The position numbers were made by a program, and so were the translations under genes. Shown here piece after piece: positions 41,211-50,422 of a DNA stretch of 64,000 bases (its first letter is position 1; the number at the start of each line of letters is the position of its first letter). The notes beneath the pieces are model-generated. The model worked only from the letters and a program-made list of their open reading frames with translations, had not been told where the DNA came from and searched no databases. Source of the DNA: Propionivibrio sp. (GTDB taxonomy: Bacteria > Pseudomonadota > Gammaproteobacteria > Burkholderiales > Rhodocyclaceae); NCBI RefSeq assembly GCF_016705685.1, contig NZ_JADJLB010000003.1. One strand, given 5' to 3'.

Positions 41211-42123
41211 CAGAAATAGCCCTCTTTCTTGCGTTGTTCCATGGACGCCTCCGAGGTCTGGTCGTCCAGACGGGTGGCGCCGCGTTCGGTAATGGTCGTC
41301 GTTGCTGTCTCGGCGATGATTTTGGCGACGGTGTCGGCATCGGATTCGACGGGTGCCGTACAGCTGATGTCGCCTACGGTGCGAAAGCGCACTCTGACAT
41401 TTTCGATAATGTCTCCGGGTCTGGCTGGCGTAACGTCCGTGACCGGCAGCATGCCGCCTTGACGCCGAACGATCTGTCGCTGGTGGGCAAAATAGATCGA
41501 CGGCAGTTCGAGATTTTCACGCTCGATGTATTGCCAAACGTCGAATTCGGTCCAGTTCGAAATCGGGAAGACGCGGATGTTCTCCCCCTTGAAACTGCGG
41601 GCGTTGTACAAGTCCCACAATTCGGGTCGCTGGTTTTCGGATCCCACTGGCCAAATTCGTCACGAAAAGAAAAGATGCGTTCCTTGGCACGTGCCTTTTC
41701 CTCGTCACGGCGAGCACCGCCGATGCAGGCGTCGAAACCGAATTCTTCAATGGCTTCCAGTAGCGTAACCGACTGGTGCTTGTTGCGCGACTCCTCCGCA
41801 GATTTGAGAACAACCGTACCGCGCGCCATTGAATCTTCAACCGAGCGGACGATCAGGCGCTCATTAAGTTCGGCGGCACGTTTGTCGCGAAAATCGACGA
41901 CTTCCCTGTAGTTGTGGCCGGTGTCGATGTGCATCAGCGGGAAGGGGAATTTTCCCGGTCGGAAGGCTTTTTCGGCGATGCGCAACATGCAGATTGAATC
42001 TTTCCCGCCGGAAAAGAGCAACACCGGATTGCTGCACTGGCCGGCCACCTCACGCATGATGTGAATGCCCTCGGACTCGAGCCAGTCGAGATGCGAGAGG
42101 GTTTGTTTGGTCAGAGTGGTCAT
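41210..42123 (-). pseudogene. cysD: sulfate adenylyltransferase subunit 2 CysD, interrupted by a -1 frameshift as sequenced
   Basis: The upstream ORF (42123..) has LFSGGKDS...IFSFRDEFGQWDPK and then goes out of frame. The downstream ORF (..41210) resumes at [37 protein letters not shown]. The coding strand reads ccgaaaaccagcga. One more A (T4 at 41634-41637 on the + strand) restores [11 protein letters not shown]. Confidence 0.85.
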
Positions 42124-42145
42124 TATTTAACTTTCGAAAACGCTT

Positions 42146-42868
42146 TCATGCTTTCTTCACATGCAATCCACATTCTTTGGATTCGGGTTGTTCCCACCAC
42201 CAGCGTCCTGAGCGGACATCTTCACCAGGGGTGATGGCGCGCGTACAGGGCGCGCAGCCTATGCTCGGATAGAACCTGTCATGCAGAGCGTTGTACGGAA
42301 CCTTGTTGAGCTTGATATAGGCCCACACTTCCTTTTCCGTCCAGTCAGACAAGGGATTGAATTTCTCAAGTCCATTGCCTTCGTCATACACTCGTATCGG
42401 CAAGCCTTCACGCGTTGCCGACTGCTGCGCACGCATGCCGGTAATCCAGGCTTTCTTTCCAGCCAGCGCACGCTGCAGCGGTTCAACCTTGCGAGCGTGG
42501 CAGCAGCCCTTGCGCAGTTCAACCGACTCGTAGAAGGCGTTGATGCCGTTCTCGCGCGTATAGGCTTCAACCAGATCGTGGCGCGGATAATACAGCTTGA
42601 GCGTTAAACCGTAATGCTCTTTGACTTCGGCAATCAGGGCGTAGGTTTCCAGCGGAAGACGGCCGGTATCGAGCGAGAACGATTCGATGTCCACGTTGCC
42701 GCCGACGATGAGGTCGGTCAGGACCATATCCTCAGCGCCCAGACTGTTGGCAAAGACCGCCGGTGAGAATTCTTCCGAAATCTGACGCAGCAGGCTGCGG
42801 ACAGCCGCTGTTTTGACGGCGAGCGCGTCGATCAGCGCAGGGTCATTGAGATTGACGTTGATGGCCAT
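42146..42868 (-). CDS. cysH: assimilatory adenylyl-/phosphoadenylyl-sulfate reductase CysH (Fe-S type)
   Basis: PAPS-reductase fold with the KGCCHARK and CAPCTRAI cysteine pairs and the C-terminal ECGLH motif. These are features of the APS-reductase subtype. Confidence 0.9.
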   Translation of the reverse strand: MAINVNLNDPALIDALAVKTAAVRSLLRQISEEFSPAVFANSLGAEDMVLTDLIVGGNVDIESFSLDTGRLPLETYALIAEVKEHYGLTLKLYYPRHDLVEAYTRENGINAFYESVELRKGCCHARKVEPLQRALAGKKAWITGMRAQQSATREGLPIRVYDEGNGLEKFNPLSDWTEKEVWAYIKLNKVPYNALHDRFYPSIGCAPCTRAITPGEDVRSGRWWWEQPESKECGLHVKKA

Positions 42869-42877
42869 GGTTATCCT

Positions 42878-43387
42878 TCAGGCGGTCCGGCGACGGAAGA
42901 GCGGCTGTGGCTGGTCGACCGCGGCCTGGTAAGTCTCGCTGAAGACGCGCAGGCCGGACAATGCGGCTTCGATATCCTTGCCCTCGCGCAGCGCGAAGGC
43001 ATCGATGCCACAGCGCTTCATATAGAACAGTTGGTCTTGCAGCACGTCTCCGATGGCGCGGATTTCGCCGCGGTAGGCATAACGCTCTCGCAGCAATCGG
43101 GCCGTTGAATAAGCACGGCCATCGGTGAACTTCGGAAAGTTGAGGCCGATGACGACAAAGTGTTCGAGATCGCCGGCAATGGCCTCCACGTCCTCGTGGC
43201 TGTCCAGCCAGACGCCGGGCCGTTTGCTTCGCGAGAGGATTTCCGCCTTGCGTTCCAACCATGCCGTCATCGGCACCATGATGTTCCCGTCGGGCCAGGC
43301 CAGCGATGCCGCTGTTTGTTCGCCATCCAGTTTGAGTATCTGCCAGTCATCATCGATGATTTGGCCATTCTTGATGATCTTAGGCAT
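42878..43387 (-). CDS. DUF934 family protein (sulfite-reductase-associated)
   Basis: MPKIIKNGQIIDDDWQILK...FPKFTDGRAYSTARLLRERYAYRGEIRAIGDVLQDQLFYMKRCGIDAF. Conserved position between cysI and cysH. The start is taken at 43387 rather than the ORF-track 43477. Confidence 0.8.
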   Translation of the reverse strand: MPKIIKNGQIIDDDWQILKLDGEQTAASLAWPDGNIMVPMTAWLERKAEILSRSKRPGVWLDSHEDVEAIAGDLEHFVVIGLNFPKFTDGRAYSTARLLRERYAYRGEIRAIGDVLQDQLFYMKRCGIDAFALREGKDIEAALSGLRVFSETYQAAVDQPQPLFRRRTA

Positions 43388-45096
43388 TGACGACTTCCGT
43401 AAGATTTTCGCTGGCATCCGCTCTTGCCGGCTTGCGCTTGTCCCGACCGGCGTAGGCGCGCTGCTTGAAGGGCTCAATACCGATGCGTTGCAGCGTATCG
43501 ATAAAACGCTCGCTCGGCGTGCGTTGTTCGGTGTAGACCGTGATCAGCGCGGCGATCACCAACGGCACTTCGTCGGCATAGAAGGACGGGCCGATCACCT
43601 TGCCTATCGCGGTCGCGTTGCCTTGTTGGCCGCCGACGGTGATCTGGTACCACTCTTCACCGTTCTTATCGACTCCGAGGACGCCGATGTTGGCGACATG
43701 ATGGTGGCCGCAGGAGTTCATGCAACCCGAGATGTTGAGCGAGATATCGCCAATGTCGTAGAGGTAGTCCAGATCGTCGAACTTGCTCTGAATCGCCTCG
43801 GCAATCGGCACCGAGCGGGCGTTGGCCAGCGCGCAAAGATCGCCGCCGGGGCAGCAGATCATGTCGGTGAGCAGGCCGATATTCGGCGTGGCCAACCCGT
43901 TGGCGCGGGAGATTTTCCATATCTCATGCAGATCGCGCTTCCTGATGTCGGACAGCACCACGTTCTGTTCGTGGGTGACGCGCAGTTCGCCAAAACTGAA
44001 ACGGTCCGCCAGATCGGCAATCACTTCCATCTGCAAATCGCTAATGTCGCCCGGTGCAAAACCCGGCGCCTTGAGCGATAGCGTAACGGCGGCATAGCCC
44101 GGCACTTTGTGCGCATGCGCGCAACGCTTGGCCCAGCTGGCAAAGGCCTTGTCTTCTTTCAGGTGAGCAGCGTAAGAGAAATCATCCTGCGGCAGATGCT
44201 CATACTCAGGGGCGGTAAAATGTCGTGCAACACGCTCGAACTCGGCGTCGGTCAGCGTCGTGGCCCCGTCTTTCAGGTGCGACCACTCGGCCTCGACCTG
44301 ACGCGTAAATTCTTCGACTCCCAGCGCGTTGACGAGTATCTTGATGCGTGCCTTGTACATGTTGTCGCGCCGACCATAGCGGTTGTACACACGCAGCACG
44401 GCGTCGAGATACGAGAGCAGATGCTTACGCGGTAGAAACTCGCGAATGACTTTGCCGATCACCGGGGTGCGGCCGAGACCGCCGCCGACAAATACCCGGA
44501 CACCGATCTCGCCGGCATCGTTGTTGACGATTTCCAGCCCCACATCGTGGGCGCGAATCACGGCACGGTCTTCTCTGGCCGCATTGACGGCGATCTTGAA
44601 CTTGCGGGGCAGAAATGCAAACTCGGGGTGGAAGGTCGACCACTGACGAAGCACTTCGCAATAGGGGCGCGGGTCGGTCAGTTCGTCCGGTGCAATCCCG
44701 GCAAATTGGTCGGTCGTGATATTGCGGATGCAATTGCCGGAGGTCTGTACGGCATGCATCTCGACACTCGCCAGTTCGCCAAGAATTTCCGGCGTCTCTT
44801 CAAACTTGGGCCAGTTGAGTTGCATATTCTGTCGTGTCGTGAAGTGGCCGACGCTGCGGTCATAGCGGCGAGAAATCTCGGCCAACTTGCGCAGTTGCGC
44901 CGAAGAGAGCATGCCGTAGGGGAATGGCAATGCGCAGCATCGGGCCGTGACGCTGGATATAGAGGCCGTTTTGCAGGCGCAAGGGGCGAAGCTCATCTTC
45001 GGAAAGAGTGCCCGCCCGATGGCGGTCGATCTGGCCGCGATATTGCGCGACGCGTTCGTCGATGATCTTCTGGTCAATGCTATCGTAGCGATACAT
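43380..45096 (-). pseudogene. cysI: sulfite reductase hemoprotein (CysI / ferredoxin-NiR-SiR family), interrupted by a +1 frameshift as sequenced
   Basis: ORF 45096..44860 gives MYRYDSIDQKIIDERVAQYRGQ...LYIQRHGPMLRIAIP. The long ORF resumes at YGMLSSAQLRKLAEISRRYDRSVGHFTTRQNMQLNW and contains the siroheme/4Fe-4S Cys motifs (CPGGDLC, GCMNSCG). Removing one C from the C4 run (G4 at 44919-44922 on the + strand) joins the two parts. Confidence 0.85.
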
Positions 45097-45123
45097 GCCT
45101 CGCTCCTAGAAATTCAAACCGTG

Positions 45124-45900
45124 TTACAAGGTAATCAGTTTTCCGCCGATCAGCACCAGCATGCCGGCGAGGATACGTCGCAAAAATCGATCCGGTACTT
45201 TGGCTGAAGCATGGCTGCCGATCCAGATCCCGGGCAGCGAGCCGATCAGGAGACTGCCGAGTAGCGACCAATCGACACTGCCAAGCGCCCAGTGACCCAG
45301 TCCGGCGATCAGCGTTAGCGGGACGGCATGGGCCAGGTCGCTCCCGACAATGCGGATGGTTGGCAGCTTCGGATAGAGGAAGAACAGTGCGGCAACCCCC
45401 AGAGCACCCGCGCCAACCGAAGAAATCGTGACAAGTATACCGAGCAAAATACCGATTGCCACGGTAATCTCTGACTGATAGCGCGTATGTGCGCTGTCGT
45501 CGGCATGTTTCAGCGCATAACGCTGCAAGTGCTGGCGGAAAATGATGGCGCAGGCGGTCAGCAACAAAGCCACGCCGAGTGAAACCGAAATGATGTGGGT
45601 GACCGCAGCACTTTGCTTCGGCAGGTGCGACAACGCCCACACCGTCAGCAATGAGGCGGGAATGCTGCCGCTGGCCAGCAGTCCGGTAATACGCCAATCG
45701 ACATGCCCTTTCCTGGCGTGGACCGTGGTGCCACCGGCTTTGGTGATTGCCGCATACAGCAGATCGGTGCCGACGGCGGTTGCCGGGTGGATGCCAAAAA
45801 GCAGCACCAGCAGCGGCGTCATGAGCGAACCGCCGCCGACGCCGGTGAGTCCGACGATGGCGCCAACAGTAAAGCCTGACAAGGTATAGAGCCAATCCAT
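45124..45900 (-). CDS. TauE/SafE (DUF81) family sulfite/anion exporter-like membrane protein
   Basis: 258 aa polytopic protein with the duplicated GVGGG / GAG motif pattern. First gene of the cys operon, divergent from cysB. Confidence 0.8.
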   Translation of the reverse strand: MDWLYTLSGFTVGAIVGLTGVGGGSLMTPLLVLLFGIHPATAVGTDLLYAAITKAGGTTVHARKGHVDWRITGLLASGSIPASLLTVWALSHLPKQSAAVTHIISVSLGVALLLTACAIIFRQHLQRYALKHADDSAHTRYQSEITVAIGILLGILVTISSVGAGALGVAALFFLYPKLPTIRIVGSDLAHAVPLTLIAGLGHWALGSVDWSLLGSLLIGSLPGIWIGSHASAKVPDRFLRRILAGMLVLIGGKLITL

Positions 45901-46002
45901 GATGTGCTCGAATGAGAAGATGAGGCATGTTATCAGCCGATGACTTGAATGAAAAAGAATATTCGGTTAGATTCTTAGAACTATTGGTTATTAAGAGATC
46001 AG

Positions 46003-46951
46003 ATGAAGCTGCAACAACTCCGTTATCTTGTTGAAGTCGGTCGCTGCGGCCTGAACGTCTCTGAAGCGGCCGAGTTGCTTTGCACGTCGCAGCCGGGGGT
46101 GTCCAAGCAGATCAAGCTGCTTGAAGACGAGCTGAAGGTTGTCGTTTTCGAGCGGAGCGGCAAACGCCTGTCGGCAGTAACGGAGCCGGGCAAGCGCGTG
46201 CTCGAAATCGCCGATCGCATCCTGCGCGATGTCGATAACATCAAGCGTGTGGGTGAGGAATTCGCCGGTGGCGATTCCGGCAGCCTGGTCATTGCCACGA
46301 CGCACACGCAGGCGCGCTATGCCTTGCCGTCCGTGGTCATCCGTTTCATCGAGCGTCATCCGAAGGTCCGCTTGTCGATGCATCAGGGCAGCCCGACGCA
46401 GATCGCCGAATGGACGATCAAGGGTGAAGCGGACATCGCCATTGCCACCGAGGCGCTCGACCAGTATCCGCAACTGGTTATGCTTCCCTGTTACCAGTGG
46501 GGGCACTGCGTGATCGCTCCGGACGGGCATCCGATTCTTGGCCAAGAAACTGTGACGCTGACCGAACTGGCCAACTGGCCGCTGATCACCTATGATCCGG
46601 CATTTGCCGGCCGTTCACGCATCAACAAGGCATTCGAGCGCGCACAATTGACGCCGAATGTCGTGCTGGCGGCGATCGACGCTGACGTCATCAAGACTTA
46701 TGTGAGTCTCGGTTTGGGATTGGGCATCATTGCCAGCATGGCGTATGACCCGGTACGCGATCTCGGCCTTCAGGCGGTCGATGTCGCTCATCTTTTCGGC
46801 TCGAACACCACGCGCATCGGCTTGCGTCGGGGGAAACTACCTGCGTCAGTACGAATACGATTTCATCGCGCTGTTTGCGTCGCAGCTCTCAAAGCGAGCC
46901 GTCGACATGGCCATGACCGGCACAGGAGAAGGGAATGAATACCAACTTTGA
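46003..46951 (+). pseudogene. cysB: LysR-type regulator CysB, C-terminus displaced by a +1 frameshift as sequenced
   Basis: MKLQQLRYLVEV...LNVSEAAELLCTSQPGVSKQIKLLEDEL. After ...SNTTRIGLRRG the frame decays into an Arg/His-rich tail. The +1 frame reads NYLRQYEYDFIALFASQLSKRAVDMAMTGTGEGNEYQL to the stop at 46951. The extra base lies in the G5A3 run at 46829-46836. Confidence 0.85.
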
Positions 46952-47270
46952 TCCAGCGGGTTCGCCAACCCATGGCGTGCTGACACGTATCCTCAGCGTG
47001 CTTGTCGGCGTGGTCGTGCTGACAGCGGCCTTCATGTTTTCACTGGTCATCTTCGCCGTGGTGGCGGTGGCCGGACTGATATTCGGGTTCTATTTTTGGT
47101 GGAAAACCAGGGAATTGCGGCGGCAGATGCGCGAGCAGGCCGCTGAGCAGACGGGCGGACGATACGCCGAGCCGGCGGAAGCCGGATCGGGCGCCGAGGG
47201 TGAAATCATCGAGGGCGAGGCGGTACGCGTCGCAGAGGTTCGGGATCGCCCTGCCGGTTATGGCCAGTGA
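46935..47270 (+). CDS. small membrane protein (two TM helices, acidic tail), hypothetical
   Basis: 111 aa: LTRILSVLVGVVVLTAAFMFSLVIFAVVAVAGLIFGFYFWW followed by a charged tail. Overlaps the restored cysB end by 17 nt. Confidence 0.5.
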   Translation: MNTNFDPAGSPTHGVLTRILSVLVGVVVLTAAFMFSLVIFAVVAVAGLIFGFYFWWKTRELRRQMREQAAEQTGGRYAEPAEAGSGAEGEIIEGEAVRVAEVRDRPAGYGQ

Positions 47271-47316
47271 ACGAGAGGCCAAGCCACTCAGCGGTGAAAG
47301 ACAACTCCGGACGCCG

Positions 47317-49240
47317 TTAGGCCGACGACACCACCCGGTTGCGACCGCCTTCCTTGGCCTGATACAGAGCAAGATCCGCCGCCTGTATCAGCGCCAGGCT
47401 GTCGGTTTCGTGGCCGCGGGTTACCGCGACACCGACACTCAGGGTGACGGGTATGCGCTGCGCTTCCCACAGAAAAGCGGTTTTTCGACCAGCGTGCGAA
47501 TCCGTTCGCCGATCTGCAAAGCGATACGCTGGTTGGCGTTGGTCAGAACGGCGGCGAACTCCTCGCCACCGTAGCGGAATATCATGTCTTCGGAGCGCGA
47601 TGTGTTTCTCAAGACTTCTGCCAACTGGCGCAGTACCTCATCGCCGGCCGCATGGCCAAAGTTGTCGTTTATGCGCTTGAAGTGATCGATATCAAGCATT
47701 AGGCAGGCCAGCGGCGCACCGCTGGACTGGGCAAAAACCCACTCCGAAGCGAGAAAGTCCAGCCCCTTCCGGCGGTTGGGAAGCTGCGTCAGCGTATCGG
47801 TCAGCGCATCCTGAAGCAGCCTTTTCTGTGCCACGGCAAACTCGTCGGTCGAGCGCATGATGCCGAGGCGTTCGCGCTGCATTTCATCCTTGAGTATCTG
47901 CATTCGCGTCGCCGTGTTGATATGAACGCGCAGGGTTTCCATGTTCACGGGCTTGACCAGCACATCATCTGCGCCTGCAGCGATGGCCTCAAGAATTCGA
48001 CTTTCGTTCTCCGGCGTGGCCAGCAGCAACACATAACAATCCTTGCCTTTCTGAGCCAAACGGAGGTTGCGACAGAAATCGGTCGCTTTCAGGCTGGGCA
48101 TCGACAAATCGGCAACAATGATCTGCGCCGGGCGGCGCAGCACCTGCGCCAGGCCTTCCGCCGAATCGACGACCAGGACGGGCTGGTGGCCAAGCTCCTC
48201 GATCTGCTGCATTAACGGTGCGAGATCCGGCGCCGGGATGCCGATCAACTGAACATGCAGGCAAGGCGTTCGCGCCCGACGGTTTTCGCTATCGGGCACC
48301 GTACCCATCCGGCGCATCGGAGGGGTTGCCGCCAGAATTTCGGCGAAGGGGGGAATATCCTGGGTGCGAACTTTCAGTTTGGCACCCCATTCACGCCAGC
48401 GCTCGACCATGCGATCGACCAAGGCATTGAGCGCGACGCCGCCGATGCCAAGACGTGCCGCGCGAGCCAGAAGCGCCGGCAGCAGACTCCAGCGCGATTC
48501 CTCATCGACCATGCACAGGTGCGCCAGTGCGCTGGCAAAACTCAGGGATAGCGTTAAGGTGTGGACCCGGGAGCCATCGTCAAAACCCGCCGCATCGGGG
48601 TTTTCATGGTGGAAAGCGGCCATCACAAGCACTTCGGGAAGTCCCCATTCCCCTAGCAAGGTGGCAGCCAGTTCATGGTGGTCCAAGCCAAAGCGCTCCT
48701 GCTCAAGCGGCGCCGTTTCGAGCCCCTGCTCACGAGCGAGCACCAGGACATCGGAATATTCATCGGGAAGAGAGAGGCCAGCGCCAGCTCGCCCACTCGG
48801 GCCAGCAGTCCGATAGTGAAAATTTCTTCGCTGGCGATCTGGGCGAAGTGGGCGAGCTCCTGACAGGCGATACCGGTCGCCAAGGAGTGCCCCCAGAAAA
48901 CTTCATAATCGAAGGCCGTGCACGACCCACTCTTGTGGCTGTGCATGACCGAGAGGCCAATCACCAGATCGCGTACGCGAAACGAACCCAAGGCGACGAT
49001 CCCGCGTTGCAGGGAAACAATCGGTCGCGAGCGGCCAAAAGCGGCTGCATTGGCAAAATACAGAATGCGTCCAGCGATCGCCGGGTCGGACTGGACGAGC
49101 TGGACCAGTTCGCCAATGCGGAAATCATCCCGCTGCAACAGGCGGATGATCGACAAGGCAACGCCCTTGGGCGAGGGCAGCTTTCCCGTCGCCTTCAGCG
49201 CCGCATAACGATCAGGGTCGACAAAACGCATTGGAGACAA
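47317..49240 (-). pseudogene. HDOD-REC-GGDEF signalling protein, interrupted by two -1 frameshifts as sequenced
   Basis: ORF 49240..48653 carries the N-terminal half of an HDOD domain (...LLARVGELALASLFP). ORF 48743..47439 carries the rest of HDOD (DEYSDVLVLAREQG...HHELAATLLGEWGLPEVL), a REC-like domain and GGDEF (RYGGEEFAAVL). The GGDEF domain is cut at ...RIRTLVEK and continues in another frame for about 54 codons to ...DLALYQAKEGGRNRVVSSA, with a stop at 47317. Confidence 0.8.
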
Positions 49241-49328
49241 TCTCCGGTCAGTGGCCCATCATAAACCCAACGACACCTCGCCGGTCATCCCGCCTGTCGT
49301 GAGAATTGCACCGCACACGCCACGCCCA

Positions 49329-50222
49329 TTAGCGAAATCTAATCGCGGTGGTCAGATAAATACCGACAAAGATCAGGGCAATGCCGATGAAATGGTAAAT
49401 CTGCGGTACCTCGTCGAGGAAGGCGGCCGAAAGCAGGGTGCCGAACACCGGCATCAGGTGGATAAAAAGGCTGGCCTTGCTGGCACCAACTTCGCCGACG
49501 GCGCGGTTGTAGAAAATGTAGCCGAGAAAACCTGGGAAAACGCCCGTGTAGGCGATGACGGCCAGCGATTTTGGAGTGACGTGAATCAGGCGGCCTTGGG
49601 CGATTTCCCAGGCGTAGGCGGGCGCCAGTGCCACCAGGCCGATGCCGATCAGGGCAGCCAGCAGAAGCATCGGATCGACGCCGGCCGGGCGCCATTGCAA
49701 TCCGATGGTGTAGAGAGCCCAGACGAATACGGCGCAGAGCATCCACAGATCGCCAATGTTGGGCGCCAGCCCGGCAAACGTGGATACCGTGCCGCGTGCA
49801 ACGATGATCATCACGCCCAGCAGCGATGTAAGCACGCCCAGCCATTCGATGCCGCGCAACTGTTTTTTCAGGAATATCCAGGAGAGCGTGATGGTGGCGA
49901 TCGGGATGAACGAATTGAGCAGGACGGCGTTGGTCGCCGCCGTATATTGCAGCGCAACGTAGGCCAGCGTGTTGTAGCCGCCCACGCCGAGCAGCCCAAG
50001 AATGACGATGGCCGGCCAGCCGCGCCTGAGCAGCGGCCATTGTCCGCGCAGGTGTGGCAGCGCCAGCGGGAGCGTAAGCGTCAGGGCGATGGTCCAGCGC
50101 CAGAAGGCCAGTGAAAGCGGCGGGACTTCGTCGCGGATCGCGCGGCCAAGCACCATGTTGATCGACCAGAACAGCGAAGTCAGGGTAAGCAGAAGATACG
50201 GATGGTGAAATCGTTTGAACAT
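49329..50222 (-). CDS. EamA/DMT family transporter
   Basis: 297 aa with ten hydrophobic helices in two EamA-like halves. Confidence 0.85.
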   Translation of the reverse strand: MFKRFHHPYLLLTLTSLFWSINMVLGRAIRDEVPPLSLAFWRWTIALTLTLPLALPHLRGQWPLLRRGWPAIVILGLLGVGGYNTLAYVALQYTAATNAVLLNSFIPIATITLSWIFLKKQLRGIEWLGVLTSLLGVMIIVARGTVSTFAGLAPNIGDLWMLCAVFVWALYTIGLQWRPAGVDPMLLLAALIGIGLVALAPAYAWEIAQGRLIHVTPKSLAVIAYTGVFPGFLGYIFYNRAVGEVGASKASLFIHLMPVFGTLLSAAFLDEVPQIYHFIGIALIFVGIYLTTAIRFR

Positions 50223-50422
50223 GGGGGCGGCGCTGCCGGTTGTCGGAGTCAGCGGGCATTATGCACGCGACTTGCGGGCTTGGTTTTCGGCGTGTGGTTT
50301 ATTTCCCTCAGAATAGCCAACACCATCGCCCGAAATAAGTCACCAAAGTGGTGCAAAACGCATTCTGATCGTACACTCCGCGGACAGGCTCCAATTGTTC
50401 CAATTCACCGAGGCGTCAGGCC

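Noticed and set aside
39131-49240. Programmed ribosomal frameshifting as an explanation for the split genes
   Set aside because: There are six events in unrelated genes, in both +1 and -1 directions. None has a slippery heptamer plus downstream structure, and several sit inside enzyme cores (cysD, cysI) that are single ORFs elsewhere. Indel error or recent mutation is far more likely.
49339-50259. 306-aa ORF on the same strand as the EamA transporter but in another frame. Likewise 45080..45928 versus the TauE-like gene and 60903..61760 within ppk.
   Set aside because: The alternative frames give Arg/Pro-rich nonsense, whereas the chosen frames give regular TM-helix proteins or conserved enzyme motifs.
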